From Eledone cirrhosa (taxonomy: Eukaryota), in contig OZ024742.1 in assembly GCA_964016885.1 (NCBI GenBank), forward strand, positions 119,536,001 to 119,600,000: DNA of 64,000 nt, in the 5' to 3' direction. The translations under genes were made by a program, and so were the position numbers. Each line of letters starts with the position of its first letter. Position 1 is the first letter of the stretch. Below are positions 12,466 through 26,109 of this stretch, piece after piece. The notes beneath the pieces were generated by a model. It made no database searches, was not told the DNA's origin, and saw nothing but the letters and a program-made list of their open reading frames with translations.

Positions 12466-13771
12466 ACCCGTATGAATTACACTAATAAAACCGAAATATT
12501 TTGAAAAATAACATATTTATTAGTGTGTTTAAAAAAGGACATTTACGTTAGACAATTTAAAATGGTGGTTTGTGTTAATATATTTGTTCTTTTTCCTGAT
12601 GTTAGTTGAGAGAATTTCTTGCAAAATTATTTTCAGCTCTTCTAGTTAGACACTATATATTTGACAATTAAGATATATTGATTTTTTTCCGGCTCATCCA
12701 TATAGCTGTGAATACCTGCATACTTGTTAAACACCTACCTACAATGGACTATAGGACTGTTATTAGACAAGTTAGACCACCATAAACACGTTCATTTATT
12801 GTTAAACTTTTCATGGTGTCTCATTTAATGATATTCCAAGAGAACAAGGTCAATTTAGTTTTCTAACCAATATTAACTAACTGAGCAAAATTATAACCAT
12901 CATTCTATATGTAAGAAAATGTAAAACAACAGCATTCCAGTCCTTATTATATTTAACATAGCATCTCACTGTTAAAGAATGAATTAAACCCTCGGTATTT
13001 ACAGCCAGATTGTAAAGTTGGTAGAGTATAACGTGACTATGCATAAAAAGCAACATAGCTAAGATCAATTTATGCTTCCCTGTTGAAAGGATGTGATGTA
13101 GTTCCTGAAAACAGTTTGGTATTGGCATAGTTTTGATTCTTTTTGTTGAAGCTCATACAGTCATCTAGAGAAAGAGTGTTAGGATAATTGTAGATGGAGT
13201 TATTTGTAAATGGATTAAGGTTCTCAATATTCTGCCATGCTCTGGCAGATACCAAATTCTATTCAGTCTAATAAAAGCGTGTCTTCTCTAATCTATTGTA
13301 AAAGACAAAGCTTTAAAGCAAATATTTCTGATAATGCTGTAAATTCAACAAATGAATGTTTCTGTGCTTAAAGGTTAGAGCTGTGATGGAATTAATGATT
13401 GTTACCAAACATATTCAAATGTTTCTCTTTTTTCACCAAGGAATTTCTAAAGATCAAAAACAACATAATATTGATATGAGAATAGAAAGCAACTGGAATA
13501 CATAAAATTAAATGTCCTGTTTATTCACTCATTTCTACTTGTAAACATATTCTTTAATAATAACGATAAGAGCGTTTATTATTTAATATTACAGCAATTA
13601 CAAGAATAACATAAATAATTCTCTGTTTAGGCAGCAGATTTATGGGAAAAGAAGCATAAATTTGACATTCATCCATTTTCTGCAGGAATGGATATTGAAA
13701 CCAAACCACACTGTTCAGTGAAAATATACTAATAAACTATATTATATATATAGAACTTCTCTTAGCTATAT

Positions 13772-14215
13772 TTGAGGTGTGTCAGTAAAGAAACAAGACT
13801 TGCGTTGTAAAACAAATATTTCAAATGCAAACTACAAACTACAAGTTTTCTCCTTCGAAATAATCCCCCATGAGTCTAACGCACTTTCCCATCCTTCTCA
13901 TGCATTCATGGTAGGATTCTCTACAGCTCCATCATCTCAGCCCTCTTGAAGGCTCTGGTGCTTGGTCAATGGGTCGTACTCGAAGATCCATGACTCATCA
14001 CCAGTGATGACTCTTCCCAGCAAGTCTGGTTCAGTTTCAAGATGTGTGAGAATGTCGTGACACACCTGCATGCACTGCTCCTTCTGGTCTTCGTTCAGCA
14101 ACTTCGGCACCATCTTCATTCAGATCTTCTGCATCTTCAGTGATAATCTTCGAAATGCAGTCACGGTTTATGCCCAGCACACTTGTGATCAGTTGAACAA
14201 TCACACTGTGACACA
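13772..14215 (-). mobile_element. Decayed mariner fragment related to 32551-33422
   Basis: KMVPKLL..LETEPDLLGRVITGDESWIFEYDP; TIR-like TGAGGTGTGTCAG at about 13773. Confidence 0.8.
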
Positions 14216-15725
14216 ACCTGCTAATCCCTACCTCAGTCAACTCACACAGCACACTAAGTCCTGTTATCTTTCTAACACACCTGATATGTAAACTCCCATA
14301 AATATGTTGCTATATATACCTTTATTCTATATCATACTGTGCTTGTGCTATTGCTAATTAATACTAGCCAGTCAAGCTTGTACTATATATATAAACAAGC
14401 TTTCAACAAGTATAGTTTGTTTACAGAATCTCTAAAACTTTGTCTCTCCCAGCTTGGTATCTCAGCATAGGTAACTGCTAATGATGAGTAATAACTCTGA
14501 AATACATGTATGCAACACTTTAACAATGATACTGAGATAGCTGTGATATGATAACAACATAAAGTAGTCATAGCAAAGCTAAATTTATGTTTATTGTACA
14601 TAAATATATTGTATATGGGACCATATATACATTTAGTGTGAATTATGTGGTGTTAGCTCTAATGCTAATTAATACTAGCCAGTCAAATTTGCACTGTATG
14701 TAAATAGTTTGTTTACAAATTAATCCTATAAGGCTTCAATATTTTTCATACTTTGGTGTGATGAATAATAATTCTGAAATATATACAGTGCTCTTACACC
14801 AATACGGAAGTAGCTGGGATATGTTCACAGCTTAAAATAGTGAGTATTTGAAGCCAGGAGATGTATGTAATTTAATGGTTATCATAATAGTATCTGATAA
14901 GCAAATCAGACCAGAGTCAAGCTGTATATTATCAAACTATTACATAACTGCATATGACTTAGAGTGGCTCTTTTGTGAAACACATGTTATATATGATTAA
15001 GAATATAATATGATGAAATAAAATTTTGATCTTTCGTTTTAAATATAAACACTCCCAGGGCTGGATAGACCTTGGAGTGGGGTAAGGGTGGGGGGCTCAT
15101 ACACAAACATTTAGAATACACACCAATTTTACATATCAAAGTTGGTTTGGCACAAGTAATTGGAACTGAAAAGTTATACATACAGGTATTAGATTTTAAA
15201 AATGTAGCCATCCTCATTTTACGTCCCCTTTCACACTGGCATGTGTTAGATGGGTTTTCACAGTCTGAGACCAGACATATCGGAGTGACCTCATCTTGTT
15301 CATACATTACATATTTGGCATGATTTCTATGCCTTGATGCCCTTCGTAACATTGTTTCTGTGATACCAGCACAACCATTTTACACAGTGAACTAGGTATA
15401 TTCTATCAAGGCACGAACACTAACAATTTACAGGATGTAATGAGTGCATTTTATCGTGACACTAGTACTAAAGCGGTTGTCACATGCTCGTCAAAGGAAT
15501 AAACTAAAATGCCCAGCAGGGGGCACAAATAAATTGTTATGGCCATTGCTGGTAGGGCCCCCACATTAAGGGGCCCAGGGCAATTGCCCCCTTTGCTCTC
15601 CTTTAAATCTGGCTCTGAATATTCTACAATTTATGTCAATGATAAATATCCAATTCACATAAAATTATTGACTATTGAAATTGGTATCACATGTAGTAAT
15701 TTGTATTAAACATCAATCTGACTAT

Positions 15726-15764
<39 letters not shown>

Positions 15765-17000
15765 GTCAACTTGAGTTTGCAGTGAACAAGACAATGGTCA
15801 GTGTGACATTCTGCACTGGGCATCACTTTGGTATGCAAGATATCCTTCAGATCACACTGGCACTTTAGAATATAATCAATGAGATGCCAATAGTTGGAAT
15901 ATGGATGTATCCAGGTTGTTTTCAAACTGTTCTTCTACTGTAAGATGGTGTTTGTGATGACGAGTTGATGTCCTGCACAGAACTTCAACAGCAAACACCC
16001 ATTGTTGTTGCAGTTTCCAATGCCATGTCTCCCACTTGCATTGAAATCACTAAGGATTATGACCTTCTTGTCCACAGGGGTGATTTGTTGGAGCCTGTGC
16101 AGATCAGAGTAAAACTTGTCCTTTTCTGCAGGATCTCCTTGAAGAGGAGAGGTGGAGAGTACACACTGAAGTGTAGTATATTGCTGATTACTTAGTGGGA
16201 GGTGCATAGAGATGATGCAGTCAGAATGCCCTGTTGGCCGGTTTCAAGCTTGGAAGCAATAGAGTTCCTGACCATGAAGCCTATGCCTGATAGGCATCTC
16301 TGCTGTTGGTTTACCTGACCAGTAGAAGGTATATTCAACGGTTATGCTCTTGTAGGTTACCTTCCTCTGGAAAGTGGACTTCACTGAGAGCATTGATGTC
16401 AATAGTCTTCACAGCTTGTATGCAATTAGAGTGTAGTGACATTCTAGATGACTGTGGTTGGCTGTGTCTAGCATGGTTCTGATGTTCCAGCATGCAATTT
16501 TCAGTCCTTTCACACCCTTGCAGGTAGGTGTGTACCTTTTCTTCTTTGATGTTGTTCGACTGCATGAAAAGATGCCCGTTGACCATGGTTTGCCAACTGG
16601 GGGTGTGGGAGAGGAGCTTCGTTTAGGCTACCTTTTCTAGGTTCCTTGTTATGTGGAGCAAGCAGTGCTGTTCCTAAAGAAGAGGCTGTTTGGTCATTCA
16701 GGGTGTGCCGAATAATGTTGTCATCCCCTGGGTCAGCATCAGATGACAATATCCTGAACCACCTGCATGCTGGATTCGGACTTCAGCTGTTTCCACCCCT
16801 TTCTCATAGCTACAGGGTTTGGAGTAGGTGGTGGTCACAGACATGTCCTTCAAACCTGTGCAGTTTTTAGGTGACGTGCAGTGTGTGCTGAAGTGACTTC
16901 ATCCTTTACACACAGGGTTCATCTGTTATGGCCTGGCAAGCTGGGATGGTGACAGCAATGTCCTTGGGTTGTAGGTTTTACATCAGAGTGTCCTTCTCCT
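15765..17000 (-). mobile_element. RTE/BovB-like LINE 5' fragment (5' UTR plus AP-endonuclease remnant)
   Basis: Frames give IDINALSEVH, KDKFYSDL..IILSDFNA..GIGNCNNNG.LLL.FC..LVITNT and TTWIHP..WHLIDYIL..ECHTDH. Confidence 0.8.
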
Positions 17001-17611
17001 AGCCTCTGTCTCAAAAACCTTCCTCGGAGCTATGGGAGCAGTTACCCAGACTGGGGCGGGTGCTGGATGTTCCAAAACATTTCCAATATGCCTTGGTACC
17101 AGAACTATTTAACCCATGACAGATACTATTGCCCAGGCCAGAGCAGACCTGGTAGTAATGGTGATTAAAGGGTAACTCCATACTCCCCAGAACCCTAGAG
17201 CTCTCGAACTAGAGCCTCAATACCCAATGCAGTTTAAGGGTGAAAGCAGCGATTCTTTGCTTAAACTCTAATCTGTTATTTTAATAAATATTTGCTCTAG
17301 GGTTTTTATATATTTGATATATATTTATCCTATTCGAGCCCTCTTTGGATTTTAGTCTTCAAATATATTATTATTACTATATATATATATTTATATATAT
17401 GTATATATATAAATATATATCAGTTTACTGTTTAATTCATTTTGGTGCTTAAACATAGTAAATCATTAATAGATTCTGCTACGATATGTCTAAGTTGGTA
17501 AGCACTAAACAAATCTTAATATGCTGTACTACATACTCAATTTCATATCAATAACATACACATCACATTTAATTTAAAATATATATTTCCATGACATTAT
17601 TTATATTAACA

Positions 17612-17905
17612 TTTGCCTTTCATCCTTCCGGGGTCGATAGAATAAAGTACCAATAATGCATTGGATAATTGCTGGCCTTGTGCCAAAAGTAGAAACAATT
17701 ATTTATATTATTCTTAGGGCGGTGAATTGGCAGTATCGGTAGAGGGTCGGACGCCATGCTTTGCAGCACAATTACATCCCTTTACGATCTGAGTTCAAAT
17801 CCCGCCAAGGTTGACTTTGCCTTTCATCCTTACGGGGTCGATAAAATAAAGTACCAGTAATGCACTGGGTAATTGCTGGTCTTGTGCCTAAAGTAGAAAC
17901 AATTA
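17612..17905 (+). mobile_element. Two tandem family-1 SINEs (5'-truncated 17612-17703; full length about 17717-17905)
   Basis: Family consensus; ATTATTTATATTA repeated before, between and after the copies. Confidence 0.85.
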
Positions 17906-19444
17906 TTTATATTATTCTTACGAATAATATAAATAATGTTATATCTATAAAATATTATATCTCTGATTTTGTTCCATAGTTTATCAGTCAAGTATCTTGT
18001 GAATGATATAATTAAATGTTTTATATATAATGGAATATGACTATGATTTTGTTCCACAGTTTTACATAATTACATATAGAAAATTATTATGAAAAATGCA
18101 AACAGAAATAAAGCAAATGACACAGTACAATGAAGAAATATATTATTAGTTTTACAACTGATAGAATTGGAAAAGAGTCTTAACGTTTTGGACACTAGTC
18201 CTTCATCAGAAAATAGAATGAGAAATTAAAGAAGAAATAGAAAGATAGAAGAGACTTTGCAGTGGTAGAAACAAAAAAAAAAAAAAATTTCCAGAGATAA
18301 AACACATCTACTCATGTTGCCATCTCTTTGAAAACAGTTGGTGTTGGCATTTTGTGTAAGATGATCTTGTTTAAAAAGGCAGTGATCAAATGCGTCTAGT
18401 TGAAAAGGAAAACAAATTGTTTTGTATATAGAGTGGGTATATGGGTGTGTGTGTTAGTTGTTGGTCTATACAGAGCTGTGAAGGTAAGTGTAGCGGTATG
18501 TGTAAGTTGTAAGAGTGATATAATAGAAATATAATAGTCAAGTTTTAATATGCTTTTGTCTTACTAGTATACAATTACTTTTGTGTGTATCAGTATAGCA
18601 TTTCTTTATCTCTCTACAACTCTCTCACTCTTTACCTGCCACTCTTGTCAGTATGGCTACTCTTCTTTCAAACCATATTTTAACCCTCTCTCTTTTGTCA
18701 AATGTGACACCCAGCTAATGAACTAATATGCATTGGATATTATATATTACTTATATAGCCTAAATGAAAAGTCATCTAAAAATAAAGAAAGTTTATATCA
18801 TCACCATTTAAGTCCATTTTTCCATGCTTGCATGGGTCAGACAGGTTGTCTGCATCGAGAGACAAATATGGCTAGGATTGGCTATGTCATACATTGCTCC
18901 AATGGAACTGTGAATTTGGCCAGGTTTTTTTACAACTGGATGCCCTTCCTAACACCAACCACATTTAGAGTGTTATATATACTAGGATTTTTTTCAACAT
19001 GCTGATGTTTGTGTGTATGTGCATATGCATACATTTATATGTATGAGTATATAAATATAAACTTGCAAACACAGACACACTTACAAAAATACATACTCAG
19101 ACACACTTACAAAAATACACACGCAGACATACATTCACACAAATACACATACATTCACACATACATACATTCACACAAACACATACACAGCATAACAAAT
19201 GGAATGCCAACCGCTATTTTGCTATAGTTTTTTTCACGAACCTCTGCCTTCCTTTTACACACACACACATTCATGCAAGCAGCAGACGTAAAGAGAAAGG
19301 AGTAGTATGAGGTAGTCAAACTACTCTCTCTTTACGTGTTGTGACAGAATCATAGAAATTTATTTATAGATTAAAATAAATACATATATCGTGTGTTTAG
19401 TGGACATATTTTTATAAAAATATGTTGCCGTGTAGGTAACACGG

Positions 19445-19622
19445 TAAAAACCATCCAGTCCACACTGTAAATGTAGTTGTTGTTAGGAAGGGCATCCAGC
19501 CATAGAAAACCTGCCAGATAGTCGAGCGAGACATTTCACCCAACCAATCTTGCCTCAAGTGGGACAATTCTCATTTGACCCATGCTAGCGTGGAAGATAG
19601 ACGTTAAATGATGATGATGATG
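19445..19622 (+). mobile_element. SINE 3' part with AGGAAGGGCATCCAGC domain and (ATG)n tail
   Basis: Same module at about 21060-21190 and 26680-26770, and on the minus strand at about 18800-18960 and 23030-23180; ends GACGTTAA(ATG)n. Confidence 0.6.
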
Positions 19623-20374
19623 TATCCAAGTGGCACCAGCACCAGCAGACAATAGAATGGCCCATAGGAAAATATTGCAGGTTTTATACTCAGTAATGAT
19701 GTTGGAAAGTACAACTGGAATATATTGCAGCAAATCATCATAATCATCACCATTTAACACTTTTTTCTATGCTAGCATAGGTTGAACTGGTCATCACTGA
19801 CCAAGTCATTAGGGCCACAACTTATGTACGTATCTTCCTACACTTTACAAAATATACTGGATTTTATGGCACCAGTACTAGGGAGGTTGTCAAGCCTTTG
19901 ACACAACTGAAGAGTTCACTCACTCTTATGGTTGGCAGATTTTCTATGACTAAGTGCCTTTCCTAATACCAAGCGCTTTACAGAGTGTACTGGGTGCATT
20001 TTATCATGGTTCTAACACTAAAGAGGTTGTCATTCTGACATGGCTGATGAGTTCTCTCAGAGTGCTGGGTGCATTTTATCATGACACCAGGAAAAGTATT
20101 ATTAATTCATATGCAATCTTTCTACATTTAGATGTTTAAATAAAAAGTTCTGCTCTCAGAGATTAATAATAAAAATATGATTTTAAATTTTACATAAAGA
20201 AAGGAACTGAATATTGATTATAAAATATATACTTCACAAATATAACAAAATATTTCTTCATGCAAAGCTTTTGTAAAATATTCCATAAAGATGAATAAAT
20301 TTAGGGTTAGATCAATAGCATGATAATATATAAGGATGGCCTGAGCAAAAAGAATATAAATATATATATAATAT

Positions 20375-20408
<34 letters not shown>

Positions 20409-20529
20409 AATATAAACACACACACACACATATACACATACATATATATAATTTATATATATGTATATATACATATATGTATGTATATATACATATATGC
20501 ATGTGTATATACATATACATCATATACGT

Positions 20530-20810
20530 ATCGTAGGCTCCCTTAAATCATGAATGACCATGGTTTTGCACCTGGAAACTTCCCTTCTGAGGCACATGTC
20601 TGAGCAAGGTGTGTTTGTGAAAAACCAGCAGTCACCCACGTATGTCACTCGCCCCTCTCCACCCCACCAATGTAGTCCAAGAGAAATGACTGATACAGCT
20701 TGGCACCATTGATGTCGCAACTCATTTCTACAGCTGAGTAACTGGAGCAATGTGAAACAAAGTGTTTTGCTTAAGAACACAATGCACCACCTGGTCTGGG
20801 ATTTGAACTC
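20530..20810 (-). mobile_element. tRNA-derived SINE (family 2, CORE-like body)
   Basis: Minus strand has B-box GAGTTCAAATCC, then TTCTTAAGCAAAACACTT..TTGCTCCAGT..CAGCTGTAGAAATGAG. Confidence 0.65.
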
Positions 20811-20811
20811 T

Positions 20812-20856
<45 letters not shown>

Positions 20857-20857
<1 letters not shown>

Positions 20858-21190
20858 GAGGCACATGGCTTAGTGGTTAGAGCAATAGGCTTGAGTTCAA
20901 TTCTCAGACTGGGTGATGTGTTGTTTCCTTGAGCAAGACACTTTATTTCACATTGCTCCAGTTTACTCAGCTGTAGAAATGAGATGATAGGACTGGGGTC
21001 CCTATCATTTCACTGCAAAGTGGTCATGGAGGTGCTACGGCAAAAAAGCACCCAGCACTCACTGTAAATGAGGTTGGTGTTAGGAAGGGCATCCAGCTGT
21101 AGAAATCAAGCCAGAATCAGTTCCCGTGCCACCCTTGCAAGCAGGGAAAAGCGGATGTAAAATGATGATGATGATGATGATGATGATGAT
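20857..21190 (+). mobile_element. tRNA-derived SINE (family 2) with (ATG)n tail
   Basis: A-box TGGCTTAGTGG, B-box GAGTTCAATTC, CCTTGAGCAAGACACTT; related copies near 45770, 48200-48555, 49000-49290 and 50315-50470. Confidence 0.7.
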
Positions 21191-21208
21191 GCTATATATA
21201 TATATATG

Positions 21209-23007
21209 CTAGCAGAATGGACCGGCGTTGCTCGGATTTCAAAAGCATGTAATTGCGTTCCCTCTCTTTTTTGTTGTTCTTTTTGCTTCTGTTGGTGTGA
21301 TAATGGTCATTGGTTGTACTACTAACACAGTCTCGTCCTTCCTTCAGCCAATCGTGTATATCCCCTTCTGCCTCGTCAGCAATAAGAACAATATTTGTTC
21401 TAGGGTTCTTATATATTTTATATATATTTATCCTTATCGAGCCTCGTGAAATAAATATGTTTGTTTATATTTTGTTATTGTGTATGCAAAAATATCTGTA
21501 CGCGAATATATAATTATATCTACTTATATATATAACCAACAATTTCTCTGTCTGTCTGTCCGACAGTGGAAACACGTGCGCGCGTGCAAATGTTTTTTGC
21601 ACACGCGTAGAGAGAGAGTGAGAGTGAAAGAAAGAGACAGACTATGAGAGGTGGATAGCGGGAGGGAGAGAGAGTGTGAATAGACGCTAAAACACGTGCT
21701 ACAGAAATATTACCTTCCCCTTCCTTTCTCCACTTTGGTACTACCAAGAGAAACACTGTCGCTATAGAAACATTACCTTCCCCTGTCCACTGACTTTGGT
21801 CACTGAGGCCGAGGGAATCGCTGGTTGCTATAGAGACACCTTGCACAAGCCAGAAGTAACCATTTCGAGGCGGTTCTGACTTGACACCATGCCAAGTCTA
21901 CTTATAATATATAATGGGCATTTCTCTGTTTGTTTGTCTGTCTGTCCGTCTGTAAAAAATGCCAAGGGAACAAATAGACGCGGTTTCAAATCTCTATACT
22001 TTTCAAATTCATTACATTAATCTTTATTTATACGTTTTGCTTTACGAGTGTTTAGACTTACGAGTGTTTCGGCTTACGAGTGTTTTGGCTTATTATTATA
22101 TATAAACGTTTCTATTTCCATCGTTTTATCGTAAACGTTTATATATTTCCATCGTTATATCATAACGTTTATGTATCATAACGTTTATATTTCCGTCACT
22201 AATCTCTTTTTCTCCTTTTTCGTTTTAACATTATATTTATTTCAAAGATTTCACCATATAGATAACATATATATTTATACATGCATAAAAGACACACCGA
22301 GAGACGGTGAACATGTGGTGCCGAAAACATTTCTCATCCAAATCTCAACAATATCAGTATATACACTAGATTTGCTAGCAGAAAACCGCCCACTGGGTGG
22401 TTTTCTGCTAGTCTATATATCTAAAACAGAGAATGTCTGTCTGTCTGTCTGACTGACTCACAAAAACTCGAGAACCACCCAACCGATATTTTTCAAACTT
22501 TACACATGTAATACTTATGGTCGTGTGAGTGTTTTGAGCAAAAAATATTTCAAATTTTCAATTCCCTAGGGACCGCATTAGATAGCTATAACGTCGCACC
22601 GTTATGATATCTGTTAGTATGTCTGGCTGTCTGCATTACAACATTATGACACTATCTGTCTGTGTATATATTCTGAAACTAAAAAAATCAATCTGTGAAT
22701 GCAGAAGTAAATATTTCGAAAAACGTTACACACCACACTATATATACATATATACACACACACACACAGATAGTGTCATAATGTCGTAATGCAGACAGCC
22801 AGACATACAGACAGATATTATAAGGCCGCGATGTTCGGCGCCTAATGCGGTCCCTAGGGCATTAAAAATTTGAAATATTCTTTGCTCAAAACACTCACAC
22901 CACCATAAGTATTACATGTGTAAAGTTTGAAAACAATCGGTTGGGTGGTTCTCGAGTTTTAGGGAGTCGGACAGACAGACAGACATTCTCTGTTTTAGAT
23001 ATATAGA
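21209..23007. mobile_element. Cluster of non-autonomous Helitrons
   Basis: Minus-strand 3' end (CCGAGCAACGCCGG hairpin then CTGCTAG at 21209). Plus-strand TC-initiated 5' ends followed by (TGTC)n at about 21519, 21897 and 22412. Plus 3' hairpin and CTAG at 22375-22411. Minus 5' end TCTATATATC at 23007. Confidence 0.7.
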
Positions 23008-23597
23008 TATATAGTTATATGTATACCAACATCATCATCATTTTACATCTGCTTTCCACACTGGTGTGGGTTGGATGGGTTGTCAGAGTCTGAGATCAGA
23101 CAGGTCGGAGTGACCTCATCTTGCTCATATCTTCTATATTTGGTATGGTTTCTTCAGTTGGATGCCCTTCCTAATGCCAACCACCATACAGGGTGTACTG
23201 GTTGACTTTTGCTTTAGAACTACCAGCACTATCACTTTCCAGAATGGACTGGGTGTATTTTATTTTCATACCAGCACTAGAGAGTTTGCCATATGCTTCA
23301 CTAGATTGAAGAGTCCTCTCAAATCCTATCTTGCCTCCATTCAACTGCCATGCATTGTAACAACATTTATCTTTTGTATTACAGTGCTTGTACTGGTGGA
23401 TGGGTCTTTTGTATTATGGCATATGGCCATTCATTTCAGCCTTGTCATCTCCTTTGTGAAGTTTAGTTTTTTTCAGGTTATTCTTCATAACTTTATCCCT
23501 TGTCTTCCTTGATCTCCCTCTTCTAAAGATTCCATCCATTTCAAGTGCTCAGCACTTTTTAAAAATATATCTTTCACCCTCCTTACACATCACATAA

Positions 23598-23785
23598 TAA
23601 TTGTTTCTATTTTAGGCACAAGGCCAGCAATTATCCAGTGCATTACTGGTACTTTATTTTATCGACCCCGTAAGGATGAAAGGCAAAGTTAACCTCGGCG
23701 GGATTTGAACTCAGATCGTAAAGGGACTTAACTATGCTGGAAAGCATGGCGTCCGATGCTCTACCGATACTGCCAATCCACCGCC
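23598..23785 (-). mobile_element. Family-1 SINE with long TSD
   Basis: CTTACACATCACATAATAAT on both sides. Confidence 0.9.
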
Positions 23786-23849
23786 TTACACATCACATAA
23801 TAATACCAGCTCTTTTGCATGCCACATTCAATTCCTCTTATTCTGAATG

Positions 23850-25200
23850 TTTTTCTCAGTTCACTTGTACTCTGTATTTCATGCAAACCAACATTTTTCA
23901 TCCAGTGAAGTATGCATGCTTCATTTCATTTTAGCTGAGACAAATCTTTTGCACTCTGGGCTCACATCTCACTGCCATGCAGCATTGCAATTCAGACACA
24001 TGCATCATATAATCTGCTACTCACTTTGAGTGAGAAGCCCTTTCTTGCCTTCAGAGGTAACAGCTCCTTGAACTTCTTTCACCCTGTTCTCACTCAAGTT
24101 ACAACAATTTCAGTAGATCCACTTCCATTACTAATAAGGTTGCCTAGATAACAAAAGTTCCAGTGGGCCTTCTGAATATTTGCAAGAATTTATTTTTTTA
24201 GTACACTTACAGTTCACCATTCCTGTGCATTTGCCACATATTCTACCCTCCATCTCAGCCTACCTGTAATCTCATTACATCTCTTTTGTGTCCACACTCC
24301 ACATTGGTTACACTGTAATGAATTATTCCTACCTAGTCTTTTTCTACATGTTGGACAAGCCCATATCCCTGATAGCAGCAGAGTCTTATCTTCTTTTCTA
24401 CTTACTAAAAATTTAGTCTTTTCTACATTTACTTTGAAGCCTATTGGTTCCAGTTTTAGCTTCCATGACTGGAACTTCTATCATTTCAGCTTTGAGGGTT
24501 AGATCAGCATATAGGGGCCCCCATGGTTTTGAATTCTTTTATTATGGCCAGGAGAACTATAATAAACAAGAGTGGACTGAGGACTGAGCCTTGGTGGACT
24601 CTCGCTTGCACACTAATTTCATTGCTATACTCATTGCCAACTCTCACCTTCATGGTTGCACCTCTCTACATGGGTTGTACAGCCCTCATAAATCATTCCT
24701 CAATCTCTAACCTCATAAGCCAACCACAAAATTACAGAGCATGAGATTCTATCAGAGGCTTTCCTCAGGTCGATGAATGCTCAGTACAGTAGCTTACTCT
24801 TAGCCAGGTTCTTTTCCTGCAGTTGTCTGACTATGAAGATGGCATCAGTATTGCTTCTAGGCACAAAACTAATCTGCATCTCATCAAAATTAATTCTGTC
24901 CCTAATCAACTGTGCAATTACTCTTTCTGTGACTTTCTTAACCTTATCCAATAGTTTGATATTCCCTTACTCTAGGGCATCTCTTTTGCTCTTGTAGCTG
25001 TTGACAATGGTGTTTACATGCCAGTCACTGAGTAACTAACCTGTGTCATATTCCACCATTAACAGTCCCCGAGGAACTGGTTGCTTTCTCTACCTTCATA
25101 TCCTTAATTGCCTTATCTAACATATTGCCATTAACTAGGCCTATTTGGAATAGATCCTCATTCTCCCATGTATTTCCCTCATTCAATAACTTCCATGAAT
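23850..25200 (-). mobile_element. Decayed RTE-clade LINE, reverse transcriptase region
   Basis: Minus strand of about 24570-24600 encodes VHQGSVLSPLLF, followed by YADL; F.DL.KA.DR motif near 24750-24780. Confidence 0.75.
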
Positions 25201-25880
25201 CTTTCTTTTGGCTAGTATGTCTCTAAATTTATGTGTGTTTGGTGGTTCTTTAAGTTTACATATTCTTCTTCTCTAAACTGTCTTTGGTTTGTCCATGCAT
25301 CTTGCTCTTACTCTGGTCACAAATCACCATTCTATGCTTGGTGATGCATTGCTATCTCAAAACAACTCCCATATTTCACAGCAGCAGTCAGTAAAATTAG
25401 TTTCACATTATGATCCATGATAATATTGAATAAACTAAATATTTATTACAAATTTACCATATTTGGTGATTGCAATGTTCCCATGGCTACCCATTATATA
25501 TGACCCTATAATACTGGAAGATGTCAACAGAAGTCAGCACTGATACTCTCTTAACTCAGATTTTGTGCATAGATTAAATAAAAGTGTTACTGATTAACCT
25601 CATTTATAGAATGTGCTTCAATGTTCCCATATTGAACCATAGTTATCAACATCATTATAATGTCTGTTCTATGATGGTGTAGGCTGTCTAGTATATTTTA
25701 CCACTCTTTCTATCTATAAGGCTCAATATCCTGACATTTAACCTCACCACTGTTTTCCAGTTTTCTACTCCTTGCTATGTCTGTTTTTTTTTATAGAAGG
25801 AGATAAAGAAAGAGCTAGAATAAATAACGAGGTTGAGAAAAGAGTATTGGTGGACACCGATATCTACACTAAATTCTCAT

Positions 25881-26109
25881 TTAACCCTTTAACATTTACA
25901 TTACTCTATACTTACTATTATATTTTCATGATAAAGGCTTTACCTCACATAATTATCTCACATAACATTGAATCTATGAGATTTTGATATTAATTATTTT
26001 GAAAACAATACCTTAACATAAGTATGAGGAGCCAGTTATGGTTGATTTGAACAGAAAGAGGTGAAAGAATTCTGGCCAGATAAGGCCAGTATAAATGCTA
26101 AAGGGTTAA
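25881..26109. mobile_element. piggyBac-like MITE
   Basis: TTAA|CCCTTTAACATTTA ... TAAATGCTAAAGGG|TTAA; other copies at 27762-28192 and about 36230-36379 (partial). Confidence 0.8.

Noticed and set aside
13070-13255. Protein-like 61-aa minus ORF
   Set aside because: Non-ATG start, in-frame stop just upstream, weak acceptor and no recognisable homology
17717-17810. tRNA-like A/B boxes
   Set aside because: SINE heads with no complete cloverleaf; no true tRNA gene was identified in the window
22040-22095. Three TTACGAGTGTTT units resembling a CRISPR-like array
   Set aside because: A 16-bp minisatellite inside a Helitron, with no spacers or cas genes, in a eukaryotic context
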